Of a stretch of DNA of 64,000 nt, positions 37,145-45,200 are shown one piece after another. The position numbers and the translations under genes were made by a program. The stretch is from a virus (lineage: Duplodnaviria > Heunggongvirae > Uroviricota > Caudoviricetes), in IMG/VR virus record IMGVR_UViG_2681813421_000002, positions 22,586 to 86,585 of that record. One strand, given 5' to 3'. Each line of letters opens with the position of its first letter. The stretch's first letter is position 1. The notes under the pieces were generated by a model that searched no databases, was not told the DNA's origin, and saw nothing but the letters and a program-made list of their open reading frames with translations.

Positions 37145-37231
37145 TGGCGGAGAGTAATGGAATCGAACCATCATCGCTTGCGCAATGGGACGGTTTTCAA
37201 GACCGCTTGAGCACCATGCTCCCTACTCTCC
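37145..37231 (-). tRNA. Type II tRNA with long variable arm, anticodon UGA (Ser-like)
   Basis: 87 nt; acceptor GGAGAGT/ACTCTCC, anticodon stem GCGGT/ACCGT with loop CUUGAAA, T-arm GATGG-TTCGATT-CCATT, G73 and CCA. Confidence 0.5.
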
Positions 37232-37365
37232 CGTTATTGTGGCGACCGGTGCTGATCTCCGGCTTGCGGTTATTTCAGACTCTCACGGGCGTTTAATTGC
37301 CCCGCCGAACAGCTCTTTTCCGCAATAGCTGCAATGTCTTTCGCGCATCAGCCTGCGCATTCACC

Positions 37366-37457
37366 ACAATGTTGAGAACACTGGTTGTCACGCTGCAACG
37401 CAACATTTATTCATAGATTGGGATATGACCCCGTTACGCCAGTGTTCTCAACGTTGT
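37366..37457. repeat. 19-bp inverted repeat (18/19 match) separated by 54 bp
   Basis: ACAATGTTGAGAACACTGG ... CCAGTGTTCTCAACGTTGT in the tRNA-cluster intergenic region. Confidence 0.55.
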
Positions 37458-37603
37458 AGTGCCGGTTACGGTTCCGGCCAGGCCTCTTCCTCAACGGGGT
37501 GTTCTCCATACGGACTACCGTTTATTGGTCGTTCCTGCGGTTTATGTTGTGAAGCCAGATGCTTATCTTCTGGTTGCTTCAAAGAGCTGCACTTCATCAC
37601 AAC

Positions 37604-37677
37604 GGTAAGGGTACTTCGTAGGGATTCGAACCCTCTGCCAAGCACGGCGATCTCCGACGTCGCAAAATACCCTTACC
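37604..37677 (-). other. tRNA-like element with T-arm motif but non-canonical secondary structure
   Basis: Contains AGGGTTCGAATCCCT and a 10-bp terminal pairing (GGTAAGGGTA/TACCCTTACC) but I could not fit a standard cloverleaf; directly abuts tRNA-Thr. Confidence 0.25.
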
Positions 37678-37685
37678 TGTTGTGT

Positions 37686-37761
37686 TGGTGCCGGTTAACG
37701 GACTCGAACCGCTGACATCCTGCTTACAAGGCAGGCGCTCTACCAACTGAGCTAAACCGGC
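37686..37761 (-). tRNA. tRNA-Thr (anticodon UGU)
   Basis: 76 nt; GCCGGTT acceptor, GCTCAGTTGGTAGAGC D-arm, loop CUUGUAA, T-arm GGTTCGAGTCC, CCA. Confidence 0.8.
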
Positions 37762-37763
37762 AT

Positions 37764-37840
37764 TGGCGATGGTGGGTGGATTCGAACCACCGACCGACAG
37801 CTTAGAAGGCTGCTGCTCTATCCTACTGAGCTACACCATC
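37764..37840 (-). tRNA. tRNA-Arg (anticodon UCU)
   Basis: 77 nt; loop CUUCUAA, T-arm GGTGGTTCGAATCCACC, CCA end. Confidence 0.75.
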
Positions 37841-38300
37841 ACTTGCCGGGTACGTCTCCGGCGAGGGCTTCCACCTCCGTATGCTTTTCGGCGCACCGCG
37901 CCCTGGCTGCAATTCGGTAACAGGGGATGCACAACCCTGGCTTCCAGCGTGATTAGCGCCTTCAGCATGACGGGATATACCCGTAGTAGGATGTTATCCC
38001 AGAAAGCCATTAATCAATGGCTGTTACGCGGGAGGGACGTAACAGGTAAGGGCGCTGACCAGAAAGACCTGACCCTTCTCATTCATCTGGTTAATCACAC
38101 CAGCACCCTTGCCTGTTATGCCTCCCCGTTCCCTAATACACAGACGGGGACACTCTGCGGTCGATTTTTTGACGGGGGACGACTCATACCCCGTGGCGTC
38201 AGGCTTCTTAGGCCGCTACCATCATCAGATCATCGTTTGCATTTACTTTAATGGTCGGGTTCTAAACCGCCGCAAAGTCGCTAACCATGACGAAAACCCT

Positions 38301-38324
38301 AAAAAAGCCCACCCGAAGATGGGC
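38301..38324 (-). terminator. Rho-independent terminator (minus strand)
   Basis: GCCCA-loop-TGGGC followed on minus strand by TTTTTT. Confidence 0.45.
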
Positions 38325-38344
38325 AAATACGCTACATCTCACAC

Positions 38345-38422
38345 AAGAAAGAAGCCGACTGCCTGAGCTGGATTCACTTTCAAATGCCCGCTGAAAGGGA
38401 TCACAAGTCGGCTTCTTTCTTG
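38345..38422. repeat. Perfect 17-bp inverted repeat with 45-nt spacer
   Basis: CAAGAAAGAAGCCGACT ... AGTCGGCTTCTTTCTTG. Confidence 0.55.
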
Positions 38423-38638
38423 ATGCGGCACTCTCTCCGCCCGTCACCGCTCTGTCTCGGTTGTCGCGTTTGCCACGCCAGCCGTAACGAGGTTTAAAGT
38501 CTTTGCACGTTTCCATCACTCGACTGCCGTCTGTGGCTGTTCGTTGCAGCGGGGGTGCCTCCCCCTGGGGATATCCCCGGCCTTACCCCATTCTTTCAAG
38601 ACACAATGCAAGGCCACATCCGCATAGGTGCATTACTG

Positions 38639-38703
38639 CAACATTAAGGAGACTCAGGGCAAAAGGTAACCGCCACAAAAATCCCTATGCCTCCTTAATG
38701 TTG
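38639..38703. repeat. Perfect 13-bp inverted repeat with 39-nt spacer containing an inner stem
   Basis: CAACATTAAGGAG ... CTCCTTAATGTTG. Confidence 0.55.
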
Positions 38704-38905
38704 AAGACGTGCATTGATGATTAGATGCAGCATGTACCGTTACTCTCTGCCGGACCATCATCAATGAACACCTTAAAAAGACCTTCCGTGGCTCAACATG
38801 TATTGTCGTTTACTCCGCAAAGTGCTCTCTCTGAAACCACTTTCCGCACTAAACCTGCTGAACTTTGGCCTGCACGGTGCCAAAGCGTGCTCTTGCGTTA
38901 CTACA

Positions 38906-38921
38906 CTTTTCTAACACTTTA
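38906..38921 (+). promoter_or_regulatory. Operator-like motif (TTTTCTAACACTTTAA)
   Basis: Core TTTCTAACAC inside the structured noncoding region. Confidence 0.4.
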
Positions 38922-39055
38922 ATTTGTTAAATGCTGGTGGGCAAACAATAACCAATAAGTGACTATCAAGCCCAGCAAGCGAAACGTGGGTACCGCCCAC
39001 CAGCAAGGAAAATTCTATGTTAAGTTACCTTCACAATCAATACATTCGAATTGTG

Positions 39056-39076
39056 AATTTAGTTTTCTAACATATT
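39056..39076 (+). promoter_or_regulatory. Operator-like motif (AATTTAGTTTTCTAACATATT)
   Basis: Overlaps the 3-prime end of gene 39075-40283; placed to control minus-strand transcription into the 38.3-39.0 kb noncoding region. Confidence 0.45.
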
Positions 39077-40283
39077 ATTTCCCGTAAAGATCTTCTACAC
39101 CCCCATTCTTCTTATCCCATTCGTTCGCCCATACCCGGCAAGCGTCAATGATTTCCTGACGACGATCTCCTTGCATGAACGGAATGCTTTCATGGAAACA
39201 GCTTGGAATGCAGGCCACACTGAATACAGTATCAAACTCCGTCTGCTTGATTGCCTCCAGCGTCTCCGGACGCATTTTTAATTCATCGATTGGCGCATCC
39301 TTAGAGTCCATAATCCGGCGATATAAGCGCGGAAAATCCGTCTCCAGGTACGCCATAATTTTATCTGCGAGACATTCGTCTATGTCGGTATTCCAGTCCT
39401 TTTCGAAGCCCGGCAGGCGATAGTAAAGCGGCGTTCCCCATACCGATGGGATCACATCCATCGTTAACAGGCGATTAGTTCTGATTTGTTGATGGTAATT
39501 AGCCGTCAGCAGTGCTTCGCCACGCTGCCCAGTTTCCGCAACCAGGCCGTGCGGATACTCATGGATGTAGGCAATGGCATCCCTTCCATCATACATAAGT
39601 GGAAATGTCTCTGGTCTTTGTCCCATGCCACAAGCACGGTTCAGATCGTGACCAAGCTGTGAGCACTCTCGCTTTAATGTTTCGATAATGCTCTGCGCTG
39701 TAGCCAACTTTTTACGCAGTGTGACGCCTTCGCCTTGATAATCAATGCATTGCTGATTGAGCTTGGTTAAACGCTCTTTTAGTTCCCGGCGCTCTCTTTT
39801 CAGCGTGCGGTTATCCTTCTCCGCAACATCCAGCCGCTTTGTCAGGCTTGGCGGATAGTCTTTTTTGTAACGGTTCAAATCGGCTTCGGCAGATTTACGC
39901 AGTGTATTTGCCTGTTCAAGACGCGCTTCCAGATTGCCGATCTCATTACGCATATTCGCGGCAAATTGATTAACTGCATCACCCAGGCTTTCAACTGTCG
40001 CTGATACGCCTGTGACTTGTGAAAAACGGATCAAGCCATCATTAACGGCTTGTTGGTATTCCTCAAACTGATCCACCAGCTTATTGTAATCAACTGCCCC
40101 ATCATCAAGCAGCTTGTTGATTTCCGCCACCAGGTTATCTGTAGTGGCAATGACACTCTCGTGCAGTCGCTTTGACAGGTCATCACCCGGATTCCGTTTC
40201 TGTATAAGAGCGATTTGTGTGCGCAGCGTTTCAATTGCTGTCGAGATAATTTCCAGATTAGAAGTATCAGTGTGTTGACTCAT
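39075..40283 (-). CDS. Hypothetical protein with N-terminal coiled-coil, operator-flanked
   Basis: 402 aa; long heptad-like N-terminal half, globular C-terminal half. Confidence 0.5.
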   Translation of the reverse strand: MSQHTDTSNLEIISTAIETLRTQIALIQKRNPGDDLSKRLHESVIATTDNLVAEINKLLDDGAVDYNKLVDQFEEYQQAVNDGLIRFSQVTGVSATVESLGDAVNQFAANMRNEIGNLEARLEQANTLRKSAEADLNRYKKDYPPSLTKRLDVAEKDNRTLKRERRELKERLTKLNQQCIDYQGEGVTLRKKLATAQSIIETLKRECSQLGHDLNRACGMGQRPETFPLMYDGRDAIAYIHEYPHGLVAETGQRGEALLTANYHQQIRTNRLLTMDVIPSVWGTPLYYRLPGFEKDWNTDIDECLADKIMAYLETDFPRLYRRIMDSKDAPIDELKMRPETLEAIKQTEFDTVFSVACIPSCFHESIPFMQGDRRQEIIDACRVWANEWDKKNGGVEDLYGK

Positions 40284-40304
40284 TGCTGTTCCCGTTACCT
40301 TGTT

Positions 40305-40325
40305 AAATTAGTTTTCTAACATATT
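40305..40325 (+). promoter_or_regulatory. Operator-like motif (AAATTAGTTTTCTAACATATT)
   Basis: 22 bp upstream of the start codon of 39075-40283. Confidence 0.5.
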
Positions 40326-40363
40326 TTATTAGTTTGATGACGGTATCGGAAGATGCAATAAAC

Positions 40364-40390
40364 AAAAAACCCGCTAATTGGCGGGTTTTT
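40364..40390. terminator. Bidirectional rho-independent terminator
   Basis: CCCGC-TAATTG-GCGGG with A-run before and T-run after. Confidence 0.55.
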
Positions 40391-40396
40391 ATGCAA

Positions 40397-40711
40397 TTAC
40401 TGTGTTGCAGCCTGATAAATAAGATACGCGATAAATACAGGTACGATGGCCCATTGCAGCAATGAAAGTAGCCTCATTACTGTTATTGGGGTAACTCCAT
40501 CCACGTATTGTTTCTCTGACATTTTCCCTAACCAACTAACCGACAACAGTGCCGAGTTTTCACCCAATTCCAGCTCTCTGAGAGCTTCACGGATTAACGG
40601 CGCTGTCACAGCCTTAACCGGTGTGCTCAACGTGATACTCCGCGTCCTCCCCGCATCGTCAGCGAACGCCAGACTCACATAATATTTTTTGCTCAATGTA
40701 CAAACTCCCAA
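40397..40711 (-). CDS. Hypothetical small membrane protein (possibly shorter than the track ORF)
   Basis: C-terminal hydrophobic helix LLSLLQWAIVPVFIAYLIY. Confidence 0.3.
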   Translation of the reverse strand: MGVCTLSKKYYVSLAFADDAGRTRSITLSTPVKAVTAPLIREALRELELGENSALLSVSWLGKMSEKQYVDGVTPITVMRLLSLLQWAIVPVFIAYLIYQAATQ

Positions 40712-40893
40712 TCATCAGCGCTTGCACTTTCCGGGGTTATGTGAACCTTATCGCCAGTAACAATATTGCGAGCTTCAAAACTTCCATTGATACGTTTCGA
40801 GATCTCAATACATAGAGCCTGCTGCCATGAGCGACGACGAGCGATAGCATTAGTTCCTGCAGGGATAAGTTCTGCCACGTTAAGTAAACGCAA
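40693..40893 (-). CDS. Hypothetical protein
   Basis: 66 aa ORF. Confidence 0.3.
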   Translation of the reverse strand: MRLLNVAELIPAGTNAIARRRSWQQALCIEISKRINGSFEARNIVTGDKVHITPESASADDWEFVH

Positions 40894-40907
40894 AACGATT
40901 TCTCCGT

Positions 40908-41402
40908 TTAATCAAGACAAACATACTCCGTGATAGCTTTTATGGCTTCAGCGGCACTGCGCGCCTCAAAGCAGTAGTAACCGGCTTCAGTGAGGCGAGT
41001 CATCCAGACGAGTTGTTCGGGAGTCAGGCGATTTCTCCCATGTTTCATCTCAATGCGCATTCCGTGGTATCCCCCACAAGCAAGGTCTATAGAAAGATCG
41101 GGGTATCCCTTCTTTTGGCCCTCTGCCACCATTTTTATTGCCGTCCTTATGCCTCGCAGGCCACCGTTTGGAGTGGCGTGAGTATGCTCATACACATAAC
41201 GCATATTGCGATACAACCAGTCCAGGACGCGAACCTGCTCGTAATGCTCATGGTTCCTTTTGATTAGATCTGGGTTTTTCTCCAGTTCTCTAAGAGCTGC
41301 GGCATGTGGGGATGTTTCAGAATATTCACTGCGACGCCTTCTCTTTTGCGCTATTTTTCTAACACACTCATTGATAGTAAATATGCGAAATAATAACAAC
41401 AA
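40908..41402 (-). CDS. VRR-NUC domain nuclease
   Basis: 164 aa; HATPNGG...GYPDLSIDLACGGYHGMRIEMKHG (PD-(D/E)XK core). Confidence 0.6.
   Translation of the reverse strand: MLLLFRIFTINECVRKIAQKRRRRSEYSETSPHAAALRELEKNPDLIKRNHEHYEQVRVLDWLYRNMRYVYEHTHATPNGGLRGIRTAIKMVAEGQKKGYPDLSIDLACGGYHGMRIEMKHGRNRLTPEQLVWMTRLTEAGYYCFEARSAAEAIKAITEYVCLD
41351..41368 (+). promoter_or_regulatory. Operator-like motif (CTATTTTTCTAACACACT) within 5-prime region of VRR-NUC ORF
   Basis: Exact core TTTCTAACAC; position inside the annotated ORF is unusual. Confidence 0.35.
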
Positions 41403-41538
41403 CGTTAGATTTGTAAAACAAGAGAGATACTACTCAAGGATGGTCTATATGCAACAGGTCGGATTTGCTTTTAGAGTAAAGAGTGACCTTAATCAACAAG
41501 GAGGGTAAATCGCATGGCATTTACCCAACCTGTTATTT

Positions 41539-41799
41539 TTAAAGGGTTATTTTATCCTGTTCGGATAATTCTTTGATTGTCTTGTCGATTGCGATCAACC
41601 AACCTTCATAGGTTAAATCATCAACAAGTTCTACCAACTTATCATCGGTGTGAGGAAAGTATATCCAGCTCCAGTTCGCAGGGTTTTCTGCTTTTCGCAG
41701 CGTAAAAACCTTCTTGTATCGGTGGAACTCAAGGATATACCCCTTCGATATGGAATATTCCTTTAGGTCTTCGACCGTAAACCTACGATTCTTTCGCAT
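41539..41799 (-). CDS. Hypothetical protein
   Basis: 86 aa ORF. Confidence 0.4.
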   Translation of the reverse strand: MRKNRRFTVEDLKEYSISKGYILEFHRYKKVFTLRKAENPANWSWIYFPHTDDKLVELVDDLTYEGWLIAIDKTIKELSEQDKITL

Positions 41800-41801
41800 G
41801 G

Positions 41802-42236
41802 CTACCCCATAATTCGATATTTCTCTATAGACTCGTCGTAACTTGTGTACACGTATGGCTCTGTATCATCGGCATAAGGTGCGACTTCCAGAGCATGAAC
41901 AGGATTGTATACCGCGTCATTTTCCAGGCGATCGCTCGAATACAGATGCCCAGCCAAAACCGTAAGCGCCGGGCGACTCATTTTGTAGATCTCTGCCACA
42001 TCACTATCTACAACTTGTCCAAATGATATGTCGCCGCGCTCCAGCAATAACGTTTTAAGCGCAGGCCACCACGGCCCATAAAGGTGATAAAGCTGTGGAT
42101 CTCGTTTCAGCCTTTCCACCATGCCATTCAGATATGCATCCAGAAACGCCTCTTCACTCCTGCCATTGAGCGCCTGCGGCAAAATGTCCTCAAGGTAGGA
42201 TTCCGTCGGTTTTACAGTGTCAATTAATGTCGTCAT
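41802..42236 (-). CDS. Hypothetical protein
   Basis: 144 aa ORF immediately downstream of darB-like gene. Confidence 0.4.
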   Translation of the reverse strand: MTTLIDTVKPTESYLEDILPQALNGRSEEAFLDAYLNGMVERLKRDPQLYHLYGPWWPALKTLLLERGDISFGQVVDSDVAEIYKMSRPALTVLAGHLYSSDRLENDAVYNPVHALEVAPYADDTEPYVYTSYDESIEKYRIMG

Positions 42237-42272
42237 TCAAATTCGGCCCCAGTTGGGGCCGCTCCTTATCTG

Positions 42273-45200
42273 TTAGGCCGCATCGGCGATTATTTTACGC
42301 AGTTCATCTACCGAGTAACGCGTAGATACCATCCATGCAGGACGGTCAAAGTTCACATCAGCAACCGGGTTTGCTTCAAAATTCCAGAAACGCCCGCCAA
42401 TCTTCTTAATCGCGTCTTTGGCGTTCCGTATTGTCGAGGAACCTGGTTGGTCGGCAATGAGATAAACCGCGCCAACGTCCTCGCTGACGCTCCACCAGCG
42501 CCCGCGAACACGCGCCTTAGCGCGAATCGGCTTATCATTAACCACAATGATATAGTCATCATTCGCCGCTTCATCAGCTCTGGCTTCAGCCACTGCCGCC
42601 TGCTCTTCTCTTTTGCTTTCAGCCTGCTCAAGCCTTTCCGCGATCTCTGATTCAGTGGCCCCGCCGTTTTTCAGCGATACATAGTCCTGCCACGTTGCCG
42701 ATTTGAGCGTATCCGGCAACTCATTCACATAGTCGCCGTCTTTCAACTCACGGGCGCGGCGGGTAGCCATTTCTACCAGGCGATTAACAGAAACAGCATC
42801 AGCAAAATCGTCCTTACTAATGTGTTTTTCATCAAATGCATTGATGACAGCCCCCACCTTAATCCACTGTGCTGCCGGTGATTCCAGGGGGTTATCAGCC
42901 TGAACAATGGCGAGTTTAGCTCCATCTACCCCATTATTCGCCAGCTGTTCCAATGCCGCCCATCCATCTGCATCACTGAGTGATTTATATTGCTCAAACA
43001 ATGCATCGCGCCAGGCCACCAGCGCAGAACGTGTTTTTTCGATCTTCGCCTTAATTTTCGCGATCTTGACCTGATTAAACATCCGTTCAATATCATCGAT
43101 ATTGCTAAAGGCTTTCATCCTGCCCTGGAATAAACGGTATGCCAGCACGGTCCTCCAGAATGATTCCAGACCTTCTCCGGACGGTTTGCGGAACAAGCTA
43201 AGAATATCTTCAGAAGTGACTTTATTAAGCGAACGACCTGACAGACCACGCCCAGCCATCCAGTTTTCGAACTCCTGGGCAACATCATCCATCGTTGCCT
43301 GTGCGCCCCATGCCTGCATTCCCTGGATGTAATCATACCCATACAATGCCTGGAGGAATCCCTCGCCGTCCACGATATTCAGCGGGTTATCACTGGCTTG
43401 TATTTTTGCTACTTCACGCTTCAGCGCCTCGTCGTTGCCATCAGGATATATCCATCGCTCAGGTGCTATATCCGATGCTCGCCCGATTTTTTGGCCTATC
43501 ACGCCATCATAGGCCGATGACAGCGCGATCTGACCATCATCTGTGCGATATGCCCAGTATTTAATAGCTGACCCACCGCCCCATGCATTACCAGGTTTAC
43601 CAGCAATAACATTCATTACCCCATTGCGAATAGCATCATAGAACTGATCGCGAGTAAGTATTGTTGATAGCTGGTGGCACTGAACACCTCGCGCAGCCGT
43701 TGCGCGCGATTCAGCTACCCCCTCTTCAAAAGTTACCGCTTCAATCACAGAGTCAAACGGCAATGTAACGATTGACCCCGGTGCTCGAGCGTAACGACTT
43801 GCTCTATCCAGCCAGGCGATACGGCAGAGGTATTGTGCTTTTTCACCGTCAATTTTTTCCACCCGGACAATCGCTGTTGTTTCGCGATCATCAATGACTG
43901 CACGGTAATAACTACCTTTATGCAACAGGATATTCTTGTCAGTGCGCATATATTCCTGTGGGTTCTGAATAACATCGATACTGATATCCAGCACACCAGA
44001 CTTAATAGCGCGCTCCACATCACCACGAGAGCGTTTCATTATGGTATCCGCGTCTTTTGCCCTGGTGATCGCAAACCGCAGCACCCGCGCACGTTTTCTG
44101 TAGCTACTCAACTGCTCAAGTGCGTATTTTTGCCCATTCCTGTTCGTACCCGCTTTTATCAGGTCGTCAAGATTTCGCTGGTAATACTCTATCTGTTCCA
44201 TCGCGCTTTTCAGTTCTGTCTCCATCATGCCGATATCTTTTCCGGCGGCGTTTGCCGCTTTCAGGTAGATATCGAGAGCATTGTTGGCCTCGCGCTGTGC
44301 TTTCAGTTTCAGACGTTCTTCACGCTCTTGCGCCTGGCGAGCCATGATTGCGCGGCGTTCTTCCGGGTTTGCCGCCAGCATAATGGCGCGTTCATCAGCA
44401 TCATCCGCATCACCATTGGCGATCTCTGACATGTCGGAGGTCATCACCATCTTGATCCAGTCTTTCTTACGTTTCAGCGTATCCAGACGGAAGTCATCGA
44501 ATGTGCCTTTGCCACAATAGTAGTGAACATTGACCTTCTCTTGCGGTGACCCTACGCGCGCACCGCGCCCATTTCGTTGGTCGATACTGGCTGGTGTCCA
44601 GGGTAGTGTCAGGTGGTGGATATCGGTTGTCCCGATGTGCAGGTTAATACCTACTTCAGCCTTCTTGTTACAGATTATGATGCGCGTGCGACCTTCGTTA
44701 TAGTCGGCGGCAATACCTTCCATGCCCTCAAGGCCAGCATCATTTTTAGCTGAGAGATAATCCTCATATTGGGCAAGTTTGCTGTAGTAGGTTTCCCATG
44801 CCCCTTCTTTGTATTCACCGTTTTTATTCGGAGTAGGTTCAGTCGGTTTATTCACCTTCTTCAGCTTGATGCCGCCAGCTTGGCTAACGGTCGTCGCATT
44901 GATAATGCCTATCTCCTGCTCCGGCATTTGCAGTGCACTGGCGATAATACGGCGCAGCTTCTGGTGCTGGGCTTTTTCATCAATGAAGACAATTTGTTTA
45001 CCGTTCTTCAGACCTTCACGAAGGTTTTCGATCAGCGCGGCATACTTCGGTGGGATGGGGTGTGATACCTGCTGCAGATCAATCCCGGCGGCAGCAATGG
45101 CCTTCAGTATTTCAGCTTCCAGTTCAATGCTGGCGCGTATTTCAACATGCGCCGGATGTTCACTAAAGGTGGTCTTCACTACCTTGCTGGTACGCGTACT

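Noticed and set aside
37604-37677. Calling the tRNA-like element a functional tRNA with a defined isotype
   Set aside because: I could not place anticodon and D arms at canonical positions on either strand; reported only as tRNA-like.
37425-38366. Plus-strand ORFs (96, 162 and 85 aa) across the tRNA cluster
   Set aside because: They overlap three confidently folded minus-strand tRNAs and have Cys/Arg-rich low-complexity translations typical of antisense reading of structured RNA.
38262-38519. 85-aa minus-strand ORF in the structured noncoding region
   Set aside because: It runs through a rho-independent terminator hairpin and the arms of a 17-bp inverted repeat; no ribosome-binding site at its start.
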